Source: Octopus sinensis (lineage: Eukaryota). Taken from it: 46,686 nucleotides of DNA. Below are positions 1 to 14,222 of the stretch, in pieces. The number at the start of each line of letters is the position of its first letter. The stretch's first letter is position 1. The stretch is taken from contig NW_021835037.1 in NCBI RefSeq assembly GCF_006345805.1, forward strand, positions 1 through 46,686, read 5' to 3'. Made by a program: the position numbers and the translations under genes. The notes beneath the pieces were generated by a model, which was not told the origin of the DNA, did not search any database, and saw only the letters and a program-made list of their open reading frames with translations.

Positions 1-308
1 TAAAAAACTAAAAAATATCGTGATGGTCACGACTGTGAGTTGTCTCCTTTCATACCTTGATTGCAGTTAAAACCAACTGACGACGGCGATAGCAACGACT
101 TCATAGTCTCCACTTTACACTCACAAGTTATCGGTATTACATCTACCTGGTTGCCTAATCTGCTTCGAACCAAACATTTTATTTTGTTTTATAGAAAGAA
201 ATTACCTAAACGGTTTCATCTGAATATATATATATAGAAAGATGAACTGCCTTTTTATCTGATACTTTCATAGTCGAAGGAGAGATGAGGGCTAAAGTGT
301 TGGCACAA

Positions 309-570
309 AGGGGTGCTGAAAATTCCTGGCTTTGTGTAAAATAAAATAGAGAAGGACCAGTTAATTATGATTTTATCCAGCATAATCCCCTCTCAGATTC
401 ACACACTTAATGCAGCAGTCCTTCAGTTTTAAAAAGAAATCGGAAGGTTGGGCCTCCAGCCATGCCTTTTGGGATTCCTTCAGGCCAGAACTTTTCAGTA
501 TCTTCTCATATAATTGTAATCGCACCGAAAGCAAAAGTTTCGCTAACATTCCGGAACGGAATCTTTCCAT
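309..570 (-). mobile_element. Mariner-type DNA transposon remnant (transposase C-terminus plus one TIR)
   Basis: Minus-strand translation WLEAQPSDFFLKLKDCCIKCVNLRGDY resembles the mariner C-terminal W...F.....W.KC....GDY motif; TIR-like ggggtgctgaaaattcctggct at ~310-331. Confidence 0.65.
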
Positions 571-767
571 AAAATGATGATCTGCAATCGGAGTTAATAT
601 GACTTTCTCTTGAAATTTATCTACAATAATTTGGTTATACTTTTGTGATACATAGAATATTTGAATTTTTTAAATATAATTCCTAATGATATTTAATTGC
701 AAAAATACGAGATTCTTTTAAACATCGAATGTCTTCGAGAGTTTAGTCGATTAAAATAAGAATCAAA

Positions 768-802
768 GGGGTCGCTAGGAAAGAAATGGTTGAGAACCAC
801 TG
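768..802 (-). mobile_element. Possible single hAT/MITE-type terminus
   Basis: Reads cagtggttctcaacc on the - strand, a common hAT-family TIR start; no partner end found. Confidence 0.3.
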
Positions 803-2039
803 CCTTAAGACTTTAAAATAATTGTATAATCTTGATAGAATATGAAGTTGAGTGATAGAAAAGTTGATAGACACTAAACGATCCCAGCATTTTCAGTTCG
901 TTCCACGATGTAACTCTCGTCTCTATTCCGCTGATGCATGCAGGATAAGATGAAAATTGGTTGGGGGTTTTCTGCGAAACTCGCCCATATATTCAATGGC
1001 TAATATCGGTGGGTTTTCTCTTCCCCTTAGTCGTGTATATAAACTTTATATGCAATAGATTTATATATAAATCTTATATATAAATCTTATATATAAACTT
1101 TATATACAAGAGATTTTACGCTCCGTGCATAATTGAGGTATTCTTTGATGTGACACCAACAAAAAATACGGAAAGATAGAAACAGGGAAACACTTGTATT
1201 TCTAAATTCATTCCACTGAAGAAAGCATGCAATGTCTTTTCTATTAAATCTGATAAATAAAAAAAAAAATTATTCTACATAGATTAGAGGGAAATTATAT
1301 TTCCTTGGTTATGCAATTGCTGTAATCATAATTTGTAACATAAACACGAGGCCAGAAATTGGAACAGTCAAGGGAAGTGGTAGAGTCTGGTGTAGTGATC
1401 CGAGAATAGGACTTATTTAATTTAATCGACCTCAGAAGGATGAAAAGCAAAGCTTACAGCAATGGGATTTGAACTCACAGCAAAACGTGTCGTGTACATA
1501 ACGTAAAGCGTTTCGTTCGTCGCTCTAACAATTCTACCGGTTCAGCTCCATAACGATTACAGACAGAGGCGCAAGGACAGATTAATAATATTAAAAGAAA
1601 TGACACTAATTCTCTATTTCCTAGATTGCATGATTAACTTATCCATTAATTTGACACGGAGGATATTTGTCCTAAATTTACACAAGAAGAAAAAAAAATT
1701 CGTCTGGACAAAAAATATAAAGAACGGAGCTAAGAGGCAAATAAGCATTGGTTTATGGAAGTCGGGATGAAACGAAGGAATAATAAAATATATCATAAGA
1801 CAGGGAAAAAAAAGAAAGAAAGAAGAGGAATTCAACACAAAAATTCGGTGAAATAAAAGAAAATAAATGCATCTCATTAAATATAAAGAAATCTTGTACA
1901 TCTCTACTGATAAATATATTTAGATAAGTGTCTGCAGAACAATATAAGTTAGGATTGGTAAGTTAGTTTTATATTTAATGCAGAAAACAGCAAAAGACTA
2001 ACTAAGATGCATACGTGATGAAACTGACAGATGATAACC

Positions 2040-2095
2040 AGTCAGACAGACAACAGGGTGGATAGATGGATAGATGGATGGATAGATAGATAGAT

Positions 2096-2155
<60 letters not shown>

Positions 2156-2246
2156 GGGTAGATAGATAGATTGAAAGATAACTAGACAGACAGAATAGTA
2201 GATAGATAGAAAGATAAATAGTGAGACAGACACAATAGTAGGTAGG

Positions 2247-2305
<59 letters not shown>

Positions 2306-2306
2306 G

Positions 2307-2387
<81 letters not shown>

Positions 2388-2580
2388 TGAAAGATAGTTA
2401 GACAGACAGAATAGTAGATACATGTGTAGGTAAGATGGATATAAAGACCAACATACACGCAGATAAATAGATAGATAAGTAGGTAGGAAAAAGGCTACAA
2501 AAAAAGATAGATACATACATACGTACATATATACATACATACATACATACATACATACATACATACATACATACATACAC
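2040..2580. repeat. Compound microsatellite (GA)n/(GATA)n/(TACA)n
   Basis: Directly visible tandem di- and tetranucleotide runs. Confidence 0.95.
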
Positions 2581-3465
2581 ATGATAAATTGGTCGAGACT
2601 TCGGTATCAGATTGCATTGTGGTATACGTTCCATTTCTCTGCTGTGAGTTCGAATACCACCAACTTCGTCTGTCGTCATTTTGGGGTCGATAAATAAAGT
2701 ACAGGCTTCCTACAGAAGACGATTCTTCCTGTGTGTGTTTGTGTGTGTGTGCGTGTGTGTCTCACTCTCTGTCTGCCTGAAACTACTTTTTTTAGACCTG
2801 TCTCTTCTGTTTTCAAATCTTGAGCGAAAGGAGCTGAGAATGACAGAGAAATGTTGAATGTCACGACAACACCCTTACCAAGTCCCAAGCCTAGGTAAGA
2901 CAGTAAAGCTTTTAAGGGATTGATTGATAGAGAAAGAAGTAAATGGATTGAATAGGTTGGTTGACTGATAGATGAACAGGTCGGCAAAATCCTTGTTTCA
3001 ATGCAAAGATACTTTTTTTTTAGTGGGAGAGTAACCCGAGTTCGTCACTGAAGCCCGATCGGATGATTGGAAGAAACGCTAGGTCTACATCATTGGGGGC
3101 GGGGGAGGAGGTCAATCAGAATGCAAACGGGGGGAAGAAATGCTGCTGTGTTGTCCGACGAGCTGATAATTCTGCCAGTTGACCGTTGTACTATAGGCAG
3201 AAGGGCGGGAATTTTGGGGGTAAGGGCTAGTGGCTCACATCGACCTCGCCAGGGCTTAACTTGTAATTATTTTATCAACCCGAAAAAGAAAAATTTATAA
3301 AAGACCTTCGCCGCAATATGAATGAGAAAGCAAAGAGTCGGAAGAAATGTCGAAAAAACATTCTGTCCGACGTGCTAACAATTTGCCACCTCCCCGACTA
3401 AATAATGACGATGATGATGATGATGATGGTGGTGGCTTCAAATTTTGTCACAATGGCAGCCATTT

Positions 3466-3634
3466 CTGGGGAGGTGATGTGTCGATTACATCGACCCCAG
3501 TGTTCAACTGGTACTTAATTTATCGACCCCCAAAATGATGAAAGGCAAAGTTAACCGCGGCGGAATTTGAGCTCAGAACGTAGCGACGGGCGAAATAGCG
3601 CTTAGCACGGCAACGATTCTGCCAGCTCACCGCT
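3466..3634 (-). mobile_element. Octopus-type tRNA-derived SINE (family 1)
   Basis: Core tcgaccccagtg...ctggtacttaatttatcgacccc...gatgaaaggcaaagt...ggaatttga recurs more than 10 times in the window; head (minus) ggcggtgagctggcagaatcgt with B-box-like gagctcaaattcc. Confidence 0.75.
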
Positions 3635-4309
3635 TTTGTTGGTAAAAATGGAAATCAAAACAGACAAAATAATGTTGGCAATAACGTTAAAAAGATAATT
3701 AAGAATAAGAACTCACTGGGAGAGAGAGAGAGGCGGTGGGAATTAGCGTTGACAAATGTAATGGCGTGTGCGTTCAAGACACTAATTAGGAATCAAGATT
3801 CGCTGCTGAGACACGAGGTAAATTGATAGGCATTTAAGTTGGTGTCAAAATATTTAATGCGGAGAACATTTAAAAGCAAATTTGAAATAAATATGCGGTG
3901 AGAGAGAAAGACTGATGTCTTTTCTGGATGTAAGTTTGTGTGTAAGATATTTCTTGAAGAAGAACTAAAAAGAAAAGATGTTTAGCGAATTTGGTGAGGA
4001 GGAAAGCAAACGACTTAAGTAATTGACTGAAATCTGTTATCATTACCTGTAAACAATTTGGAAAAAATTCTGCGTTATAATACCTGCATCTTAAAAGTAC
4101 AGGGATATTCGTACTCTACAACGATAGTCAGTGAATAAGTGTACAAGACTTTTACACCGGTGAGTATAGAAGAATTAGAAACATTCTGTTTCAATTTGAT
4201 CCAGTGCAAGCAAAAACAATAGTTAAGTAAAAGCTATTACATAAAAGGAACTGCTACAAGAAATTTTGAAAATATTGATTTCAATCTTTTGATACAAAGC
4301 CAGTAATTT

Positions 4310-4466
4310 CGAAAGTGGCAGAAGTTAATTACATCGAACCCAGTGATCAACTGGTTCTTATTTTATCGACCCCGAAACGACAAAATGCAAAGTCGACCCC
4401 CAAAGACGGGCGAAATGCCGCTAGCATTTTACCTGGTATGCTAACGGTTCTGCCGGATCACCGTCT
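4310..4466 (-). mobile_element. SINE family 1, degenerate
   Basis: Same core (catcgaacccagtg...ttatcgaccccgaaa...caaagtcgacc). Confidence 0.55.
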
Positions 4467-4601
<135 letters not shown>

Positions 4602-5358
4602 GGGCTCTCCCGTCGCAGACGACATGAGCATCCACCGTTTGCCCAACGACCTGCAGTTTCTGCCCCAAATCGATGCTGGCTGAACAGGTGTATGGTGAAA
4701 CGAACAATAATAATGATGATCCTTTCTAATTTTGTACAAGGCCAGCAGCTTTAAGGGGAGGCGCCAATCAATCTCATGAAACTCAAAACTTGACTTGAAC
4801 CTCATTTTGTCTTCGATAAAAGTACAAAAAACGAAGATGACCACGGCAGGATTTGAACTCAGATCATAATCACTTCAGTTTATCCAATGCTGTGGGAATC
4901 TGATGGTGTATTTGGAGATTAGTTGTTAAGGTATGTCTACAACATATAAACCGACTCAGTTCAAATTCACCCTCGATTCATTTTATAGAATTTCGACGCA
5001 CATTCGGCTGCCATCTGTTGCCTTCTGCCGGCAAAATATTTTGATGCTAGAGATGGGCCCACTCTATGAGTTGGAAACCTTTAGCTCTTTCTCGCTATGC
5101 AGAATCCCGCTAGCATATTAACAATTTGCTCTCATTTACTCTTGAGAAATATTCCCGCGGTTCATCGCTACTGGATGCATCAGTAGAAATATGTAACGCT
5201 ACTCCATGTAGAGTTTGCTCAGCATTCCTCGAGGTGTTGAATACAAATGAATGCTAAGCAAATGTGAATGTTTCGAGGGCGTCTGGAGTTGTGTGCACTG
5301 ATGGTTTTATGCATACATACATGCATACATATATGCATACATACATACATACATACAT

Positions 5359-5402
<44 letters not shown>

Positions 5403-5659
5403 TATACATATATATATCTTCTTTTATTCTTTTAATTGTTTCAGTTATGTGACTGCGGCCATGCTGGAGCACCGCCTTTAATCGAGCAAATCGATCCCAG
5501 GACGTATTCTTTGTAATCCTAGTGCTTATTCTATCGGTCACTTTTGCCGAACCGCTATGTTACGGGGATGTAGCATCGGTTGTCAAGCGATGTTGGGGGG
5601 ACAAACACAGACAGACAAACATACACACACACACACATACATACATCATACATACTTGT

Positions 5660-5899
<240 letters not shown>

Positions 5900-6045
5900 A
5901 CAGCTTCATTCAGTTTCCGTCTACGAAATCCACTCACAAGGCTTTCGCCGGCTCGAGGCTATAGAAGAAGACACTTGTACAAGGTGCCACGCAGTGGGAC
6001 TGAAGCCGGAACCATTTTGGTTGGTAAGCAAGCTACTTGCCACAC
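5900..6045 (-). mobile_element. Octopus-type tRNA-derived SINE (family 2)
   Basis: Minus strand gtgtggcaagtagcttgcttaccaaccaaaatggttccggcttcagtcccactgcgtggcaccttg...gtggatttcgtagacggaaactgaa; homologous copies at 15.05, 31.24 and 45.3 kb. Confidence 0.75.
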
Positions 6046-6167
6046 AGCCACTCCTGCGCCGATTGCACACAGCCACTCCTGCACCTATTACACACACACA
6101 AACATATATATAAATATACAAGTACAGGTAAGTATGTGTATACATACCCACACAAACATATGTGTAT

Positions 6168-6206
<39 letters not shown>

Positions 6207-6889
6207 GATATATATATATATATATATACATATATATATACGCAGAGTGAGGAGAGAGAGGAGGAGATTAAAGTAGCGAGAGATGGTGTTGAGAGAGTGA
6301 ATATATTAAAGCTGAAATTGATTTACGAAAACACGAAGTGAATAGAAAATGAAAATTTAGTCATATGAGAAGGGAGAGGATAGAAATGCGAATATGAGAG
6401 AGTGAGAGACAGTGAGAGAGAAATGGACTGAGAAGAGAGAAAGAAAGAGAGTGAGTGCCAGCGATAGTCTGTTAAATACTTGAGAAGACCAAAATGCATT
6501 TGTAGTATTAAAGGAAATTCAGTTTATAAAATATTTTAGTAGGGAAGAGTAAAGGAGATGAGTGGAAAGAGAGTGAAAAAATAGAAGGAAATTGAGGCCA
6601 CGGAAGACATACAGAGAGGAGAGAGAGAAAGAAAGAAAGAAAGAAAGAGAGGTATGAAGCGAGAGAGAGAGAAATAGAGAGAAAGAGAGGTGGAGAAGGA
6701 TGTTGAAGTAATGAAAAAGTTTAAAATCAAAACAAACGTTTTATGGAGAGTATTAAGGAATCTGGAAAACAGAGATGCTGAGAGAGATAGAAAAAAAGAT
6801 TGATTTGTGAAATTACTGGGACTGAAGCACAAATCTCTCTCTAAATATATGTCTTTCTGTCTGTCTATGGGTCTCTTAGTGCGTCTACA

Positions 6890-6977
6890 TGTGTGTGTGT
6901 GTGTGTGTATTATCTATTATATATATATATATGCATCTGCATGTATGAATGTCTCTAACAATTTAAGTTATATACAC

Positions 6978-7009
<32 letters not shown>

Positions 7010-7034
7010 ATATATATATATCTATATATATATA

Positions 7035-7067
<33 letters not shown>

Positions 7068-7300
7068 GTATGTATGAATGTATGTATGTATGTATGTATG
7101 TAATGTATGACTGTGTGTGCGCGTGTGTATATGTATGTATATTGATCGTTGAACAAATCTCACTCATTCCTCTCTTTGTATCTTTATATGTATGCATATA
7201 TATGTGTGTGTATATATATGTATGTGTGTGTGTGTGTGTCTGTAGATATATATATATATATGTTTGTGTGCTTGTTTATATATATATATATATATGTATA
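6890..7300. repeat. Compound (TG)n/(TA)n/(TATG)n microsatellite
   Basis: Directly visible. Confidence 0.9.
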
Positions 7301-7506
7301 TATATGCAATTACACACAGTCACACGCCATAAAAGAGTGAATGGCATACACGCACACATGAACATTTTTTTAAAAAATTGTATAAAAAAACAAACATCTA
7401 TCCTTAGACATTCTAATCTCCAAGATTGCTGAGGCGAAGTCAAGTCTTTTATTATTGGAGTTCGTCTGAAACAGGAAAGTTGACGAAACCAGCAGGTGTT
7501 CAGTGA

Positions 7507-7541
<35 letters not shown>

Positions 7542-8309
7542 TATACATATGATATATATATATATATATGTATATATATGCGCTCACACATTTCTATACA
7601 CACTGTATGCTTTATTTCTTCAATTTGATTAAAATGTTGGACTGGTGCCAATTGGACTTCTCTGGGTCTGTTTGTAATAATTATGTTATCACATGACGGA
7701 ACAAGCAGGAATAAGGAATAAACAGATAGCATAGAATTCTGACTCTGAATATGTGATATATCTTTCTTTCTTCTGTCTGTTTTATTTATCTGTTATGACT
7801 GTATTTTCGTTGTTTCTCACTGACTCAGTGCTCCTATTCGTCTCTAGTCACTTCCGCCTGTCTGTCTGTCTGTCTTTCTGTCTGTCTATCTGTCTGTCTG
7901 TCTGTCTGTCTGTCTATTTGCCTTTGTAGTCTGTTCTATCTTTCACTGCCTGTTTTTTTTCGGTTTGCCTGTTGGTTCCTGTTGTTTTCAGAGCTGGGGT
8001 GGGCATTGGTGAGTAACTGTAGTTGAACCCCAATCGAGCAAACCAAAGATATTCCAAACGTGACCTTTCCTTCTGTTACTTATGTTTGGGGACCCCAGAA
8101 CCTCGTTAACCAATATTTTATTTTTCCGACATGGTTGGACGTAGTCGGAGGGAATTTTGGCTGCTATTTTATGTTAAGACAACGGACGATCGACTCTGTA
8201 TCGAAGGACTCATTGACTCATATGCGTGTATGTAATTGATGCGTAACATGTCCTAACGTAACATGTGTATGAATGTACGAGTCTGTGTGTATATGTGTCT
8301 ACATGTGTA

Positions 8310-8340
<31 letters not shown>

Positions 8341-9159
8341 CGTATGGTGTGTGTACGCCTATCTGTATATAAGGGTGTATATGGCTTCTTCACAGAATAC
8401 TGTTTGTTGTAAGAAGGTGAATTAACAAAGTCATCAAGTTTCAAAGAATGGCGTTCGTCATTCCTTCCATGACTCTCCGCTTTCTGTCCAATATACATTT
8501 CAGATAAGTACCAGTTGGTCACTGGGGTCGATGTAATCGACTTATTCTACCCCTCCTTGTACCACAATTGAAAACCAATAATCGTTGAGGTTAACACTCC
8601 TTTTTCTTATTCAATTGAAATTCTAGTCCAAAACTGAAATCTATTTTTTCCGATCTCCTTTGCTCTTTCACTTTGTCTCTGTAATGAAACAATAATTAAA
8701 ATAGCCGCACTAATTAGACATTTTGTCTGGATGAACAGGGCTAGGAATAATGTTGGCGTACTTTTGTTTGTACCATATTCGGTCACTTACAGGTCAATTT
8801 TGCGAGCTGAAATTCTGTCGGGCGAAAAAGTGAATGCTCAAAGTCGAGACCGACGGAAGACCCAATGCTTGCGTTTATTAAATGAAGTGCTTTAAAATAT
8901 CACCGAAAGAAAAAAAAATAATAATGATAATAAAAGAATAGAATATCGAATTGCAGTAATAGTTTTTCACGATTGGGACACGGCCAACCACTTGAAATGG
9001 AGGTGTGGAGTAAAAATTAAATCATCTCCGCTAAATATTTAGTACATGTTTAATCGGATTTTCAATACAAGTAGACTCGCCAAGTTTCGAAAACAGAGAA
9101 AGAAACAAAACGAAAAGCTTATACACACATTCTTTCTCTTTCTCTCCCACCTCTCTCTC

Positions 9160-9469
9160 AAATACACACGCACACGCGTACATACATGCACACATACATA
9201 CAAAAGTATATATAAATGTATACAAGTTAGATATATGTATGTATATATAATACGGTATATATGTATATGTGTAGAAATATATTATACAAATATATGTATA
9301 TAATATTTGAAGTTTATATATATATAATATATATATTATATATATACATACACACACATACATATATATATATATACATACACACACACCACACCATATA
9401 TATATATATATATTATAAATATATAAATATATGTATATATAAATATATAAATATATAAATTATGTATAT

Positions 9470-9518
<49 letters not shown>

Positions 9519-9523
9519 TATAT

Positions 9524-9574
<51 letters not shown>

Positions 9575-9620
9575 ATATATATATATATATACATATTTAT
9601 ACAAACACACATACATACGT
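9160..9620. repeat. Compound (TA)n/(CA)n microsatellite
   Basis: Directly visible. Confidence 0.9.
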
Positions 9621-9899
9621 ATATAACATATTGTGAGGACTGTGTGTATGTATAGATGGATGTAAGTTGGCGGCAACAGACGGAAGAAAGATCAACGAAT
9701 GCGATGTTTCAGAGTATAATTTATGAGAAAACCGGGAATTATAGAATTCCGCGTTTCCCGTGCCATAACCTTTTTCCTCTCGGTGAAGCCCAGAGAAACA
9801 GAAACCTCTGACTGGAACCGAAGTTGATAATAATGATTGTAATAAATTTGAGGATGAAGATGGTGATGATGATGATTGTGACAATGTTGATGATGGGTT

Positions 9900-10310
9900 C
9901 AAACCTTGGCTGACGCCAGCAATTGTGAGAAGGGTGAAAGTCGTTTATACCGACCCCAGTGCGCATCTTATATGAGGACGAAAGGCAAAGTCAACGTCGG
10001 TGGCATCTGAAATCAGAATGCAAAGATGGACGAAATTCTACCAAGCATTTGCCTGCCCCTGCCAACCATTCTGCTATCTCGCTCTCTTGTGATAAGAATA
10101 ATAATGTTTCCAAATTTTGGCACAATGCCAGTACATTCAAGTGGGATTACATTGACCCCAGTGTTTCACTGGTACTTATTTTATCGACGCGGAAACGATG
10201 AACGGCAAAGTCGACCTCGGCGGAATTTGAACTCAGAGCGTAGCGGCAGACGAAATGTTGCTAAGCATTTTGCGTGTCCTGCTAACAATTCTGCCATCTC
10301 ACCGCCTTAT
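9900..10310 (-). mobile_element. Two adjacent SINE family 1 copies
   Basis: Two successive core-plus-head modules ending ...ctgccatctcaccgcctta. Confidence 0.65.
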
Positions 10311-10329
10311 TATTCGACGGTAATAATCC

Positions 10330-10712
10330 TTTCTACAGGATGCAGAAGGCCTCAAATGTGGGGTGATTACATCGACCCGAGGGCGTAACTGGTACTTATT
10401 TAATCGACCCAGAATGGATGAAAGGCAAAGTCCAACAGGGCGGAATTTGTATTCAGAACTTAATGGTGGTCGAAATACCTATTTCTTTACTACCCACAAG
10501 GGGCTAAACACAGAGAGGACAAACAAGGACAGACAAAGGGTTTAAGTCGATTATATCGACCCCAGTGCGTAACTGGTACTTAATTTATCGACCCCGAAAG
10601 GATGAAAGGCTAACGCGACCTCGGCGAAATTTGAACTCAGAACGTAACGGCAGACGAAATACGGCAACGCATTTCGCCCGGCGTGCTAACGTTTCTGCCA
10701 GCTCGCCGCCTT
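10330..10712 (-). mobile_element. Dimeric SINE family 1
   Basis: Core appears twice, joined by cgaaatacctatttctttactacccacaag; full head gctcgccgcc at the right end. Confidence 0.8.
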
Positions 10713-11454
10713 ATTGTGTCACGATAATAATAATAATGTTTTGTGACTTTAGTAGAAGTTCAACAATCTTGAGTGGGTCGAGCAAGTGGACTCGGGTATT
10801 AGATTGGTAAGTTATTTCAAGCAGATCACAGGAGATTTGACTTTGACAATTGGTTCTTTTTCGCTCCTGGCAGAATAAAATCATATAATTCCTAAGCGCA
10901 GCAATACTCCTTGGAAATTTTGGTGATTGCAAATATAATTTATTTAGAAATTAGTAGTTCAGTATATCTAGTATATCTAGCTTGTCTCTGATGAATATTC
11001 AGGAAAAATGAGGATCCGCATTCTTAAAAGAAGTTCCTGTTTACGTGATCCTTAATAACTGAGATTAATCATATTGGAAAATTTAGAAGTTATGGAGTTG
11101 CTCCAACGACCTTATACAATGATTAATCCAAGAAACTGAATATTTAAAAATTTATTCCGATTAAAAGATTTAGGCTATTTTGAATTGCTTAACAATGATT
11201 TCGCGAAATCCAATGATTGTTGGTTATTCAGTGTCTATGGGTAACGCGCACACATTTATAAAGATAAATCCAACACGAAAGAGATTTATTACATCACGTG
11301 TTTCACTCGAAATACTTATCCCTGTGTTCAAGTCAAAAGAAGAACAAACTTCACCACTGACTCAGGAATCGTTTCAAGAAAGCATAAGAACATTTTTGCA
11401 TATATAAAGATTTTCATTTTAGAAACATAATAATGTTCTTGTGAAAAGTAGTAC

Positions 11455-11688
11455 TTATTTCTTTATTACCCACAAAGGGCTAAACATAGATGGGACAAAC
11501 AAGGACAGACATAGGTATTAAGTCGATTCCATCGACCCCAGTGCGTAACTGGTACTTAATTTATCGACCCCGAAAGGATGAAAGGCAAAGTCGACCTCGG
11601 CGGAATTTGAACTCACAGTGTAACGACAGACGAAATACGGCTACGCATTTCGCCCGGCGTGCTAACGTTTCTGCCAGCTCGCCGCCTT
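11455..11688 (-). mobile_element. SINE family 1 (head, core and first tail)
   Basis: Near-identical to 10480-10712. Confidence 0.8.
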
Positions 11689-12409
11689 GATGTGAAAAGT
11701 AGTACTGCTTCGAGTAAGGGTTCGATGATTGAAGGGTAAAGATCTGCGATATCAAACTAGTGTTTCATTATTCGTGAAATTGAACGACTCTCAAACACAC
11801 GGTTTCAACAGTTTGTCGTTAGTTGCAATATTCGTGACGAAATCATCCATAATGCTTTTACTAATCTTACTTAATCGAGGGGACGCTTCTCATTTTGCAC
11901 GTTTTACATGTTGATATAGTAATAAGCCATTACAGACATAGCGAAGAACTATAAACATCCACCGTCCCCTTTTCCCTTATCTATACACAATCTACATCTC
12001 CAGCCCTCGACAATATTCAAACACCAACAACGCATATATACACTTTATTTGACCCATAAGACAAACATCATTTTCCACATGTAAGAACTTGTACAAATTC
12101 AATTTGGCGCTTCCTTTTACCTGATTCCGCGCCTCGCCCTTCCCATTCTTCTTTCCTCTCTCTCCCAATTACAGGCAGCAGGTACCACTGAACGTCTCAT
12201 TATTTATCGTTCTTTTCGAACGAGATTAATTATAACTATTCAAATCAACGTTTACTTCCGAAAGAAAACTATTCACAAACAATTAAAACACACATTTCTT
12301 TTCAAGTAACTTCTGAATGCGAGTAAATATTATTGCTATTAGTTCTCTCCCGACGCGTTGAAAGGCTGGAATTCCGAGGTGCGTTAATGAAAAGCCGGAT
12401 CAAATTGAA

Positions 12410-12936
<527 letters not shown>

Positions 12937-12938
12937 TA

Positions 12939-14184
12939 CAGGGGTTGGACAAAATAATGTGCACACCTAGCATCATAGTTTTGAAATATCTATGAAACCA
13001 TCATAGCTTCTTTATTTTTTTAAATTTTTATTATTAGTGTTGCTTAATATATTTTGTAAAAAAAAATGCTTTTTCTTTTCAGATACCATCAGAAAAAGGT
13101 AATTAAAATTCATTAAAATGACAGATCTATTGGACTTTCAAAGAGGTGAAATTGTTGGTGCTTGTATGGCAGGCACTAGCATAATGAAAACAGCTGAAAT
13201 GCTTGGTGTATCAAGAAGTACTGTCTCGGATGTAAGGACAGCCTTTGAGAAAGGGGGAAAAACCTTGTCAAAGTCAAACAAAACTCTGGAAGAAAATCAA
13301 AACTTTCAGATAGGGACCGTCGGGCCCTTACCCGAATTGTTAGAAAGGATCATAAAATTACAGCTCCCAAAATTACTGCAGAGCTTAATGACCACCTTGA
13401 AAACCCAGTTTCCACAAAAACTGTTTGCTGGGAGTTGCTGCACAAAGCCGGATTTCATAGGAGGGCTGCAATCAGAAAACCACTACTTTCAAAAACAAAC
13501 GTTGCAAAGCGTTTGAAGTTGAGTAAAAACCTTCAGAATTGGTCTCTAGAGCAGTGGAAGAATGTTATTTTCTTGAACGGGTCATCCTTTACCTTATTTC
13601 CGACAACTGGCCGAGTATACGTGTGGAGACGGGTAAAAGGAGCTTTTGAGCCAGACTGCCTTCTTTCAACTGCTAAACATGGAGGAGGATATGTGATGAT
13701 CAGGGGCCCTATATCTTGGAAATCTGCCGGCCCAAATGTTTCCCTTGAAGGCAGTATTAGTAGTCAAGACTATATAAGCATTTTATCTGATCAAATTCAT
13801 CCTATGGTTGCGGAACTGTTTCCGGAGGGAAACGCAATCTTTCAGGAGGATAATGCATCAGTTCACACAGCTAAAATTATTACTGAATGGTACGAGGAAT
13901 ATTCTAGTGAAGTTGAACATCTTATCTGGCCACCACAGTCAATAGATCTCAATATTGTTGAACATGTATAGCGCATTGTAGGAAATTAAATAAGGAGTCG
14001 ATATCCCCCACCATCATCACTAGAAGAACTGGGGGCTGTTTTAGCTGAATGGAGAAAAAATCCTTTGGAAACAATTCAAACTTAGTACGAGTCCACGCTG
14101 TAATTACTGGCAAAGTCGGTCCTACCCCATATTATAATAAATTTGTTTTAAATTTTGGGGTGTTTCCATTATTCTGTCCAGCCC

Positions 14185-14187
<3 letters not shown>
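12939..14187 (+). mobile_element. Complete but inactive Tc1 (DD34E-type) DNA transposon
   Basis: Imperfect TIRs caggggttggacaaaataatg (12939-) and cattattctgtccagcccctg (-14187), each flanked by TA; internal transposase homology. Confidence 0.92.
13118..14090 (+). pseudogene. Tc1 transposase pseudogene
   Basis: MTDLLDFQRGEIVGA (paired-like HTH start), RKPLLSK, QWKNVIFLNGS (first catalytic D of the usual IFSDES lost), KHGGG, FQEDNAS, WPPQSIDLNIVE; split over two frames with stops. Confidence 0.88.

Positions 14188-14220
<33 letters not shown>

Positions 14221-14222
<2 letters not shown>

Noticed and set aside
7465-7505. ctgaaac...gacgaaaccagcag as a hammerhead
   Set aside because: The core is not CUGANGA and stems I and II do not pair.
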